Program-made: the position numbers and the translations under genes
Notes under the pieces: generated by a model
What the model saw: the letters and a program-made list of their open reading frames with translations, nothing else
Told to the model about the DNA's origin: nothing
Databases searched by the model: none
Part shown: positions 19,180-28,077 of the stretch, one piece after another
Numbering within the stretch: the first letter of the stretch is position 1
Layout: each line of letters opens with the position of its first letter
Origin: Spirochaetales bacterium
GTDB taxonomy: Bacteria > Spirochaetota > Spirochaetia > JABEVK01
Reading direction: 5' to 3'
NCBI GenBank assembly: GCA_037142615.1
Contig: JBAXAI010000001.1
Coordinates: 352,001 to 416,000, forward strand
DNA: 64,000 nt

Positions 19180-20400
19180 CTAGAAAAGTTCCGAATCCTC
19201 GGCCGTCGCGGGCGCCACAGGGACTACGGTAACCTTCGCGGCCTTGGTCTTCGGAGGCTCCAGGCCTGCCCCGGCTACCAGTGCCGCTGCGGCCAGCGCG
19301 TCGGCCGCGATGCGGTTGTTCACCGTCCCCAGGGGCTGGGAACCCGGAATGTCCCGATCCGGGAAAATCAGTTTGCGGAGCTTCTCTTCCAGGGTCTTGC
19401 TCAGTGCGACGTTTTTCTGGAGGAAGTCGCGCGCATTCTCGCGACCCTGCCCGATCCGTTCTTCACCGAAAGAGAACCAGGAACCGCTTTTTTGGACCAA
19501 TTCAAACTTGAGCGCGCAGTCAAGAAGACTGCCGTAGTAGGAGATTCCCTGGCCAAACAGAATTTCAACCTCGGCTTTCCGGAAGGGAGGTGCAACCTTG
19601 TTTTTGACAACCTTGACCCGAACCAAGTTTCCAATGGCCTCATCCTGGCCCTTGTTGATGGTTTCAACCTTGCGAACGTCAAGGCGGACCGAAGCATAGA
19701 ACTTGAGAGCGTTCCCTCCCGTGGTCGTTTCGGGATTGCCGAACATGACCCCAATCTTCATTCGGATTTGATTGATGAAGATAAGGACGGCCCCCGACTT
19801 GGAAATAGTGCCCGTCAATTTCCGCAGGGCCTGACTCATCAATCGAGCCTGCAGACCGACGTGGGAGTCCCCCATTTCACCGTCAATTTCCGCTTGCGGT
19901 GTGAGGGCCGCGACAGAGTCTACAACGATGATATCAACGCCGCCGGAACGGACCAGCGACTCGGTGATTTCAAGGGCCTGCTCCCCGGTGTCGGGCTGAC
20001 TGACCCACAGTTCCTCAATGTTCACGCCGAGGTTCTTGGCGTAGCCGGGATCAAGAGCATGTTCAGCGTCGATAAAGGCTGCCACCCCTCCGTTCTTTTG
20101 CGCCTGAGCGATGGCGTGCAAGGCCAACGTCGTTTTTCCAGACGACTCCGGCCCAAAGATTTCGATGATTCGACCCTTGGGGTAACCACCGATCCCGAGC
20201 GCCTCGTCAATGAGAATAGACCCCGAAGGGATGACTTCCAGCCCCTGCCCTATGGGTCCGTCACCCATTCGGATCAGCGAGCCCTTGCCAAACTGTTTCT
20301 CGATCTGGAGTCTAGCGGCGTCGAGCGCCTTGGACTTCTCTTCTTGATTGCCGGTACGCGAGGCTGTCAAAATGGGCGTTGTTTCTTTTTTGCTGGACAT
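19180..20400 (-). CDS. recA: Recombinase RecA (extended C-terminal tail)
   Basis: [36 protein letters not shown] and FINQIR..G.PETTTGG; SD AAGGAG. Confidence 0.99.
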   Translation of the reverse strand: MSSKKETTPILTASRTGNQEEKSKALDAARLQIEKQFGKGSLIRMGDGPIGQGLEVIPSGSILIDEALGIGGYPKGRIIEIFGPESSGKTTLALHAIAQAQKNGGVAAFIDAEHALDPGYAKNLGVNIEELWVSQPDTGEQALEITESLVRSGGVDIIVVDSVAALTPQAEIDGEMGDSHVGLQARLMSQALRKLTGTISKSGAVLIFINQIRMKIGVMFGNPETTTGGNALKFYASVRLDVRKVETINKGQDEAIGNLVRVKVVKNKVAPPFRKAEVEILFGQGISYYGSLLDCALKFELVQKSGSWFSFGEERIGQGRENARDFLQKNVALSKTLEEKLRKLIFPDRDIPGSQPLGTVNNRIAADALAAAALVAGAGLEPPKTKAAKVTVVPVAPATAEDSELF

Positions 20401-20463
20401 GGTCAGGTCTCCTTGCCCTTCCAGACGGAAGGGTACGGCGTCTTGCTTGAGACGTTGGCAAAG

Positions 20464-20492
20464 AATCTACTCGGAATCCGGAGAATTGACAA
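20464..20492 (-). promoter_or_regulatory. sigma70-type promoter of recA
   Basis: Minus strand TTGTCA-N17-TAGATT. Confidence 0.6.
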
Positions 20493-20502
20493 GGAAACGG
20501 TA

Positions 20503-21606
20503 CTACGGGGATCGATAACCGACGACATGGATTCCCCGTGATTCGACGCTCCAGTGGCTACCCTCTACCTTCACCTGACCCAGAACGTCGACGACTTGGG
20601 AGTTCTTCAGAAGCGCTGCAAACCCGAGGTGGACGGGAACAACACCTTCGACGACTTGTCCGTCCTGGTAACCCACTAACAGATCCAGGGTAATGGCGTC
20701 CGTTCCGCTCATCAGGTTGGAAACGACGCCCTTCCACTGCACGGTGCAACCCTCGTAGAGTTCCGGAAAGGCCTGAACGTCCCGAAAGTCGGCCGAAACT
20801 TCGGGTCGTGCGAAGTCAGGGACGTGGAGAAACGTCAGCAGCGTCCTGACCCGTTCTTTGGTGGCCGCAGGGGCATTTGACAAAAGAATCCGGTTGATCT
20901 CAAGCCGACAAAGCGAATCTTGGTAGTCTTGGAAGTACTTTTGGAGCTTTGTGAGGTGTTCGCGAAGCTCGTCTGCAGTCAGCGACACCCGGAAGGCCCC
21001 GGAATCCAGTAAAGGGGCCTCGGAAATGCTAGTGGAACTGAGCGCAAGGGAACCTTCGCGAACGCTGCCCACAGGCACAGGCAGCCAACTGACACCCCAC
21101 CAGATTCCCAGCGCCACACAGGGAATCAAGACGAGCACTCCGGTTACCAAGGGAATCCAACGCGGAAGTGCCACACTGCCTTTCCGTTTGGCTGCCCGGG
21201 GCAAGAGTGGATTGGTATCCAGAACCAACCTGCCTCCGGTCTCGGGCCCGCTGAGATACTCCCGCAGGCGCTCAAGGGCTTTTCGAGCGGGTCGGCACCC
21301 GGGGTTCTCATCCAGGACTTCCAGCGCTACCTTTACAGCCCCCGGATAGTCTTTGTTTCGGGCATTCACGGCGATGAGGGCCAAGAGGACTTGCTGGCGG
21401 TCGTCAGGTTCCAGCTGAAGTGCTCGCTCCAGATAGGTTTGCCCCCCCTTCCAGTCCCCGGCTCTCAGGCAGCAAAGGCCCAGAACCCGGTAAAAATCAG
21501 GATTGTTGCGGTTGCTAAGGATCTGAGGCTCAAGGAAGGAAATAGCCTCAGGAAAGCGTCCTCGCCGGTAGAGTTGCCAGGCCTGATCGAGGCGCGGATC
21601 GTCCAT
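20503..21606 (-). CDS. TPR + transmembrane + putative OB-fold protein
   Basis: N-terminal TPRs (FYRVLGLCCL, YLERALQLEP), a central TM, and a C-terminal domain with P.LY.G..V.W.G.V and V.V.G.V, typical of OB-like folds. Confidence 0.75.
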   Translation of the reverse strand: MDDPRLDQAWQLYRRGRFPEAISFLEPQILSNRNNPDFYRVLGLCCLRAGDWKGGQTYLERALQLEPDDRQQVLLALIAVNARNKDYPGAVKVALEVLDENPGCRPARKALERLREYLSGPETGGRLVLDTNPLLPRAAKRKGSVALPRWIPLVTGVLVLIPCVALGIWWGVSWLPVPVGSVREGSLALSSTSISEAPLLDSGAFRVSLTADELREHLTKLQKYFQDYQDSLCRLEINRILLSNAPAATKERVRTLLTFLHVPDFARPEVSADFRDVQAFPELYEGCTVQWKGVVSNLMSGTDAITLDLLVGYQDGQVVEGVVPVHLGFAALLKNSQVVDVLGQVKVEGSHWSVESRGIHVVGYRSP

Positions 21607-21611
21607 GGACC

Positions 21612-22679
21612 TCAGGGCTGCACAGCCGCTGCCGCCGGTGTTGTCAGGCTGGACTTGTGGGACTCCAACTGCTCGAGAATCGCCTTGAAGAGTTTAAGGT
21701 CCTCGTCGGTCACCTTGGTCGCATCGACCAGTTTGGCGTTGATCTGAGTCATCAGGTTCTCAAGGCTTTGGAGGTCTTGCTTGACGAGTGAGGCACCGCC
21801 CCCTTCCTGCGTTCGACTTTCTTGCAGCAGATCGCTCAGAACGTTGGCGGTTCCAACCTTTGCGCCCGCGAAAGTGATCGCCGAGCGGTTCCCGAACATG
21901 AGCACGATGTCGCGGCTTGCTCCGGGCGCCAGGTCCTGCGCATCATAGTACTGGGCGACAGCAGAATCGTTGTAGCTGTACGGCAATTGATTGAAATCGC
22001 GCCCTTGGCGGAAGGCCATTTCCCAACTTGCATCGTCCAGTCGTTTCCAGTTGGCAAACACCAGCCTCGAAGGTGTCGTGGCCCCCTTGCCCAGCATCAT
22101 CAACAACCCGATCTTCTCGTCCGTGGAAGAAGGACTAACCCACCAGTCCGGCAAGTTCCCTTCAAGCTTGCTTTCCGAGTTCACCGTTTCGCCGCCAGAA
22201 AGCTTGAAATGGTCCTTCTTCTCGCCCAGATTTGTGTCGATTCCAACGCGTACGGCAGGTCTCAACGTCTGCGTATCGGAGAGATTCGTCAGCGAGAGCG
22301 TTTCTTTGACTCCGTCGGCCACCGAAGAGGCGGCAGACGTAAGGAACTCAAAGGTCTGAGTCACCTTCAAAGTCTTTCCGGTCCACACGATTTTTCCCCC
22401 GACGGCGGTTGTTTCGGCGACGGGTACGTACGTGGAGTCTTCTCCGAGCACCGAGACCTTGTCTCCGAGCTGAATCTTGATTTTGGAAGTCGCCGGGTCG
22501 TCCGACGAATAAAGCGCAACAGGTACGGGATTGGCGATGTCGTCGGTGTAGATAACAGTCATGCGGCCATTCTTGTCGCCCACATTCAGTTTGATCTTGC
22601 CTCGCTGAAGCTCAAAGCCGGTGGAAACGCCCGAAAATAGCGCGAGGGAAACAAGTGCAAAGACAACTTTATTTCGCAT
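21612..22679 (-). CDS. Hypothetical exported protein
   Basis: Sec signal MRNKVVFALVSLALFSG, beta-rich body (DTNLGE, FANWKRL, YSYNDSAV) and helical C-terminus; strong codon bias. Confidence 0.8.
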   Translation of the reverse strand: MRNKVVFALVSLALFSGVSTGFELQRGKIKLNVGDKNGRMTVIYTDDIANPVPVALYSSDDPATSKIKIQLGDKVSVLGEDSTYVPVAETTAVGGKIVWTGKTLKVTQTFEFLTSAASSVADGVKETLSLTNLSDTQTLRPAVRVGIDTNLGEKKDHFKLSGGETVNSESKLEGNLPDWWVSPSSTDEKIGLLMMLGKGATTPSRLVFANWKRLDDASWEMAFRQGRDFNQLPYSYNDSAVAQYYDAQDLAPGASRDIVLMFGNRSAITFAGAKVGTANVLSDLLQESRTQEGGGASLVKQDLQSLENLMTQINAKLVDATKVTDEDLKLFKAILEQLESHKSSLTTPAAAAVQP

Positions 22680-23577
22680 TTTGATCCTTCCAAGTCAGAT
22701 AGAAGGACTTCAGGTCCAGCGCCCGGGACTTGAGCTCCAGAAGGGCAATGGTCTTGCTTTGGTCTGCCGCCTCGGTTACGACCCTCTCGGCACCCCCGGC
22801 CATCTGCACCTTGAGCGCAGCGATCTGCGCATCCTTCTGCTTGATCGTTTCTTCCAGGGTCGTCGTTCGGGCCCCCGTGTCGGTTGCCTGCAACTCGAGC
22901 AACTTCTTTTGGTAGGTCGCCAGCGACTGCTGGTAGGCTTTTTCACGCCGCTGAAACTCTTCTGCCGAGTTCATGGATTCGGTGTGGGACCACTGGAGAA
23001 GTTTCATCAGCTCATCCTCCCGTTGCTTCAGACTGATAACCGCCAGTCGGTACCGACTGGCTTCCAGCTTGAAGCTCGAGGGATAGCCCTGAACGATCCG
23101 GTTGTAGAAAACCGCGGCATCCTGATAGCGACCTAGGGACCAAGCCGACTCACCCATCCAGAACAGGGCGTTTGCCACCAGTTCACCGGTAGGCGAGATT
23201 TCCAGAAACTGTCCGAAGGCCTGCAAGGCCTTTTCAAAGTCATTCTGGGAGTAGGCGATGCGTCCTTTGACGTAGGCCGCTTCCGTTTGACCAACGTCGC
23301 GGGGGAAGGTCTGGATGTAGTAGTCGAGATTGAGCGTCGCGTTGCCCGTATCGAGCAACGCCAAGTAGGTCTTGGACAACCAGAGGTAAGAGTCAGGGAC
23401 GGCCCGAGTGGCCGGGTCTGCGACGACTTGCTGAAACAGACTAAGAGCCGACAGGTACTCGCCCCGCGAATAGTAGTCCCTTCCCTGCTCGAGGAGCTTG
23501 AGCGAAGTGGAGTCGGTCTGGGCTTGAGCCAAGCTGGAACAGGCCAACAAGAGTGCTAGGAGAACGCTACGGATCAT
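22669..23577 (-). CDS. Exported TPR protein with C-terminal coiled coil (CpoB/BamD-like repeats)
   Basis: Signal peptide ending AQA; TPRs (ANALFWMGES, Y..IV..YP.S); coiled-coil tail. Confidence 0.82.
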   Translation of the reverse strand: MIRSVLLALLLACSSLAQAQTDSTSLKLLEQGRDYYSRGEYLSALSLFQQVVADPATRAVPDSYLWLSKTYLALLDTGNATLNLDYYIQTFPRDVGQTEAAYVKGRIAYSQNDFEKALQAFGQFLEISPTGELVANALFWMGESAWSLGRYQDAAVFYNRIVQGYPSSFKLEASRYRLAVISLKQREDELMKLLQWSHTESMNSAEEFQRREKAYQQSLATYQKKLLELQATDTGARTTTLEETIKQKDAQIAALKVQMAGGAERVVTEAADQSKTIALLELKSRALDLKSFYLTWKDQNAK

Positions 23578-23580
23578 TAT

Positions 23581-24249
23581 TCACCGCCTCAAAGACTTCA
23601 GTTGCCGAAGATACCCGGCCTGGTCGGGGGAATCGAAGAAGGCCGAACCCGTTACAAGAATATCGGCACCGGCCTTCACAATCTCAACGGCCGTCGTGGC
23701 GTTTACTCCGCCGTCGATGGAGATGCGAAACTTGTAGCCGCCTTGACTGCGGAGTTCTGCCAGACGAGCCAAACGCCCACTCGTCTCAGGAAGGTACTTC
23801 TGCCCACCAAAACCAGGGTTGATTCCCATGACAAGCACGAGATCCAAGTAGGGAAGCAGCGCGCTCAAGTGTTCTATCGGGGTCGAGGGAACCAGCGAGA
23901 TACCCGCAAGCTTGCCGGCATCATGGATTCGTTGGACAAGTCGGTGATGATGTACGGCCGCTTCCCAATGAAACGTGACCGCGTCGGCGCCCGCCTGGAT
24001 GTAGTTCTCGAGCAGGGCCTCGGGATGTTCCACCATCAGGTGGACGTCAAAGAACAAATCACTATGCTTGCGCATCGCCTGGATGAGTGGCGGACCAAAG
24101 GTCAGGTTGGGGACAAAATGGCCATCCATCACATCGAGGTGGATCCAAGACGCTCCAGCCGACTTGACCCGGGCCAACTCCTGAGCCAGGAACGCGAAGT
24201 CGGCCGACAGGAGCGAAGGCGCGGGGATAATCGAGTTTAGTTGTTCCAT
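23581..24249 (-). CDS. rpe: Ribulose-phosphate 3-epimerase
   Basis: APSLLSADF, HLDVMDGHFVPNLTFG, DVHLM, NPGFGGQ and IDGGVN; start ATG 24249. Confidence 0.97.
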   Translation of the reverse strand: MEQLNSIIPAPSLLSADFAFLAQELARVKSAGASWIHLDVMDGHFVPNLTFGPPLIQAMRKHSDLFFDVHLMVEHPEALLENYIQAGADAVTFHWEAAVHHHRLVQRIHDAGKLAGISLVPSTPIEHLSALLPYLDLVLVMGINPGFGGQKYLPETSGRLARLAELRSQGGYKFRISIDGGVNATTAVEIVKAGADILVTGSAFFDSPDQAGYLRQLKSLRR

Positions 24250-24311
24250 AACTCTATTTCTAACAAAAAAATGGGTCCCCCGTCCAGAATATTCGAAGAA
24301 AAACGCCTGAA

Positions 24312-24339
24312 TTGACTTAAATCCCGTCTTGGGTATAAT
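24312..24339 (+). promoter_or_regulatory. Near-consensus sigma70 promoter for TPR-greA operon
   Basis: TTGACT-N16-TATAAT followed by AAAGGA and ATG 24355. Confidence 0.75.
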
Positions 24340-24354
24340 GAAAAGGAAACCCTG

Positions 24355-25335
24355 ATGAAATCCGTTGCCGAAGATACCATCGCCAGTTCCGGTCAAAACC
24401 CGCTTTCGCGCCTCGACGACATCCTCCGGATTTCGTGCCTCAGCCTCCGATCAGGGAACTTTTCGGAAGCTGAAACAGTGGCTGAACAGGGTTTGGCCTT
24501 GGATTTCGAGGAGCCACGGGTCCTAGCCACGTTGAAGTGTGCAGTATTTTGGAAGGATCGGGCCACGCGTGTTGGCCTGATGACGGTTCCCGAGCAACGC
24601 GCCGACTATTTGTTGCGGGAATTGACAGGGTTTGAACGTCGATTCGTACCTCATCTGGATTGCCTGCTGGAAGAAGGGGTCGATGCAATCCGGCAATTCG
24701 TCTATCAACAGGCTGCCAGGTCCTTTCTCGAGCAGATCCCGTTCGAGGACGAGTCCAGAAAACCAGTGCTCTTGGTTAAGGCTGCCCGGGCCTTCAAGTG
24801 CAATGGTGACTTCGACAAGGCAATCGCCCACTTGGAAGAGGCACTTCAACTCCAAAAAGATGATTCTGCATCCTTGGCTGAGATGGGTGACTGTTTCGAG
24901 ATGACCAACGAGACCCGGAAGGCCAAGCTCTTCTTCCGGGAAGCCTTCTATTTGGGTGCCCAGGCCATTGACTTGGAGTGTTTGCGTTCTGGAATGATCA
25001 CAGAAGTCGTCGCCTCTCTGTCGAGTTGGGGCTACGGTCCCGAGGAACTGAAAGAATGGCTTCCGGTGCATGCCGTTATCAGGGGTGCCTTCAACGTCAA
25101 GCGGGAACTCAAACCCTTGGAACTTGGGCACCTGAAGCAGGCTATCAACACCCTGAAGAACGAAATCCAGCTGAAGTCTCCCCAGCGTTCTTTGCTGGTA
25201 CCACGGTTGATCAACAAGTATTTCTGGCTGATCGACCACTACTTGAGCGTCAAGGAAGAGCGGAACAAGATTGAAGATGTTCTGCTCAATATCAAACTGC
25301 TTGACCCTCAAATCCATGAGCTGTACACCCACTAA
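24355..25335 (+). CDS. Cytoplasmic TPR-containing protein (greA-associated)
   Basis: TPR-like helices (AFKCNGDFDKAIAHLEEAL, LAEMGDCF, KLFFREAF); co-oriented 15 bp before greA. Confidence 0.8.
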   Translation: MKSVAEDTIASSGQNPLSRLDDILRISCLSLRSGNFSEAETVAEQGLALDFEEPRVLATLKCAVFWKDRATRVGLMTVPEQRADYLLRELTGFERRFVPHLDCLLEEGVDAIRQFVYQQAARSFLEQIPFEDESRKPVLLVKAARAFKCNGDFDKAIAHLEEALQLQKDDSASLAEMGDCFEMTNETRKAKLFFREAFYLGAQAIDLECLRSGMITEVVASLSSWGYGPEELKEWLPVHAVIRGAFNVKRELKPLELGHLKQAINTLKNEIQLKSPQRSLLVPRLINKYFWLIDHYLSVKEERNKIEDVLLNIKLLDPQIHELYTH

Positions 25336-25350
25336 CCCAGGAGAAGAAGG

Positions 25351-28035
25351 ATGTCCGAAGAATTGATCACGAAAATTGAGCAGATGCTGCATGAGGAAAA
25401 GTGGACGCGGACAGCGATCGGCGCTTACACGGTCACCCTCATCAAGGAACTGGACGCTCTCCTGACCCAAGTTGTGGATGCCAGCGCTCAGGAGGCAGTG
25501 CAGGAACTCTGCGAAGCCCACCTTGGAGAATCGAAAAACAGCATCGTCGCCCTCTATTTGTCGGGGATGCTGGCGTTGGAAAGGCAGATGCTGGACGATG
25601 CCCATCTCGTTAAGCTTGTGAACCTTTTCGCCCAGAACCTGAAGTGGCCCTTGGTAGAGCATATCTGCGATCAGATTCTGAAGTACGGCGAGAACAAGTT
25701 TGCTCTGCGCAGCCTGATCGACTGCTACAAGAATGAGAGCAATGAGACCAGCCTCCACGATATTGAAGAACGGCTGATCAAGGTCGATATTGAGGAAGCG
25801 GACATTGTTTTCAGTCTGGCTCAGCGCTTTGAGAAGGAAAAGAATCAGGCAAAGGCCGTGGAATACTACAAGAAAGGTATCCATCGCTTCATTTTCAAAA
25901 AGAACTTCAACCGCATCCGGGAAATCTGGCTCAAGCTGATTGAGTTTTGTCCGGACGAGACTGAGTACTTTGCTCAGGTAGAGCAGAAAGTCGCAAAGCT
26001 ACTGGGAGCCGAGAAGGCCTGCCAACTGCTTGAGGACTTGTATCCACTGTTCCTTCAGAACAAGAAATATGACGACGCCATTCAAGCCCAGTTACGCATC
26101 AGTCTTTACGAGCCAAAATCGCCCCAAGTCCGCCGTGAGATTATCTCGTGCCTCAAGTTGAAGTTTGCCGCCAACTCAAAAACCGAAGAATACCTGAGAC
26201 TTTCGAACATCGGTGACAGTTGGAAGAGCGTGGCCGATGCTCTCGAGGATTTCAAGAAGCAAATGGCCTACGAAAAGGGCAATTTTGTTTACCACAAGGC
26301 TTGGGGTGTTGGTCGCATCCGCGAGGTGCGAGACCAAGACTACCTGATCGACTTTGAAACCCAACGGAACCAGAGTATGGGTCAGAAGATGGCAGTCGAA
26401 GCGCTGACGAGTCTGGAACGGGATGACATCCGCGTTCTGGCCGCGACTACAAAGCGCGAGGAACTTGCCAAGAAGATCAAGACCAACCCGGACTGGGCGC
26501 TCAAGATCTTGATTCGGAGTTTCGGCAACAAGGCCGACATGAAAGTCATCAAGGCTGTACTGGTTCCCAAGGTGCTGGAAGAACGTGAATGGACGACTTG
26601 GAGCACCAACGCCCGTAACCTCATCAAGGAGAGTACGGACTACGCGCTGAGCCCTGACAAACAAGATGAGTTCATGGTGCGAACGCAGCCGATTACCAAA
26701 GAAGAGAAAATCTACAATAAGTTCAAAGCTGAAAAGGACTTCTTCAAACGTGTTGCGGTCCTGGAAGAGTTCCTAGTCCATGGAAACAAGGAATCAGACT
26801 ACTTTGGCGAACTGTTTTCCAGTTTCAGCAGCTACCTGAAATCCAACAAGGTCAATGAAGAAGTTATCGCTTCTTTTCTGCTCATCCAGGAACACTCGAA
26901 GGCCTTTCCCTTCATCAATCCGGGTACCAACCGCACGTTCATCGACTACTTCAACCAGATCGAGGAGCTTGAGCCCCTCTACCGGTCGCTGAACAATGCG
27001 GAACTGCGCGGCATTTTCCTGCATCAGGTCAAGTTAACTGTCCCCAATTGGGATCAGGTGTTTGTAAGGCTGTTTCCTATCACCCCAACCATGAGGATCA
27101 TCGAAAACCTCAAAGGCGCAGGCAAGTCGGATGTGGTGCACAAGTTGTTCGAAGATCTCATGGAAAAGCACAAGGATCTCAAAGAGCCCTTCTTTCATGC
27201 CGCCAAGATGGCCCTCGAAGGCAAGATTCCTTTCGGTGGCCGACTGACTGAGGAAAAGCTTATGATCACGCTTGTCCACGACTTGGACCTCACGTTCCGC
27301 GACATTCAGAACAAGAAAGACGTCACGGAAAACAAAAGGATCAACAAGCTCATCTTGGCGTTCCTCTTCAAGGACAAGGTGCTCGAAAAGTATCTGGAAG
27401 TCGCCGCCGAAGAGTCCGTTCGCCGCCTGTTCTCGCTGATTCAGGACGTACGCGACTTGAATGCGAACCTCAAGCAGGACGTGAAGGCCACCATTGCAGT
27501 CCGGTTTCCGAACTTGGTCGCCGCGGGTGAACCGCTTCCGATGGCAGTGTCCTCCCGCAAGGGCATCATGACCACGCTCAAGATGTTCAACTCGAAGACC
27601 AAGGAACGTCAGAACATCGTCGACATCGAAGTTCCGAAGAATTCCAAGGAAATCGGTGATGCCATGGCCTTGGGCGACCTTAAGGAAAATGCCGAGTACC
27701 ATGCTGCGAAAGAGCGTCAGACCATGCTGAGCGCGACGCTTACAACGCTCAACAAGGAACTCGAATCAGCAACGGTCATCGAACCTTCCGAAGTTGATCT
27801 CAGCAAAGTTTCTTTCGGGACAACGGTGACGCTGGTCAGCAATCTTGATAAGAAAACGGAAACCTACACAATCCTGGGACCCTGGGAGTCGGATCCCGCG
27901 CATAACATTATCTCGTACCTGTCACCATTTGGCGATAAGCTGCTCGGGAGCAAGGTGGGTGAAGCCCTGAAGTTCACGATCAACGAGCGAAAGTGTGACT
28001 ACGTGGTGAAGTCGGTGCTGGCAGCTAAGTTCTAG
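25351..28035 (+). CDS. greA: Transcription elongation factor GreA, long form with large N-terminal domain
   Basis: C-terminal GreA domain GDLKENAEYHAAKE, V.FGT.V, YTILGPWESDP and ISYLSP.G..LLG; about 730-aa N-terminal extension. Confidence 0.95.
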   Translation: MSEELITKIEQMLHEEKWTRTAIGAYTVTLIKELDALLTQVVDASAQEAVQELCEAHLGESKNSIVALYLSGMLALERQMLDDAHLVKLVNLFAQNLKWPLVEHICDQILKYGENKFALRSLIDCYKNESNETSLHDIEERLIKVDIEEADIVFSLAQRFEKEKNQAKAVEYYKKGIHRFIFKKNFNRIREIWLKLIEFCPDETEYFAQVEQKVAKLLGAEKACQLLEDLYPLFLQNKKYDDAIQAQLRISLYEPKSPQVRREIISCLKLKFAANSKTEEYLRLSNIGDSWKSVADALEDFKKQMAYEKGNFVYHKAWGVGRIREVRDQDYLIDFETQRNQSMGQKMAVEALTSLERDDIRVLAATTKREELAKKIKTNPDWALKILIRSFGNKADMKVIKAVLVPKVLEEREWTTWSTNARNLIKESTDYALSPDKQDEFMVRTQPITKEEKIYNKFKAEKDFFKRVAVLEEFLVHGNKESDYFGELFSSFSSYLKSNKVNEEVIASFLLIQEHSKAFPFINPGTNRTFIDYFNQIEELEPLYRSLNNAELRGIFLHQVKLTVPNWDQVFVRLFPITPTMRIIENLKGAGKSDVVHKLFEDLMEKHKDLKEPFFHAAKMALEGKIPFGGRLTEEKLMITLVHDLDLTFRDIQNKKDVTENKRINKLILAFLFKDKVLEKYLEVAAEESVRRLFSLIQDVRDLNANLKQDVKATIAVRFPNLVAAGEPLPMAVSSRKGIMTTLKMFNSKTKERQNIVDIEVPKNSKEIGDAMALGDLKENAEYHAAKERQTMLSATLTTLNKELESATVIEPSEVDLSKVSFGTTVTLVSNLDKKTETYTILGPWESDPAHNIISYLSPFGDKLLGSKVGEALKFTINERKCDYVVKSVLAAKF

Positions 28036-28040
28036 GTGAC

Positions 28041-28058
28041 GCCGGCCTCCGGGCCGGC
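28041..28058 (+). terminator. GC-rich hairpin between convergent genes
   Basis: GCCGGCC-TCCG-GGCCGGC (cUCCGg tetraloop) 5 nt after the greA stop; no clear U-tract. Confidence 0.55.
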
Positions 28059-28077
28059 TAGTTCCTTGTCCAGGCGG

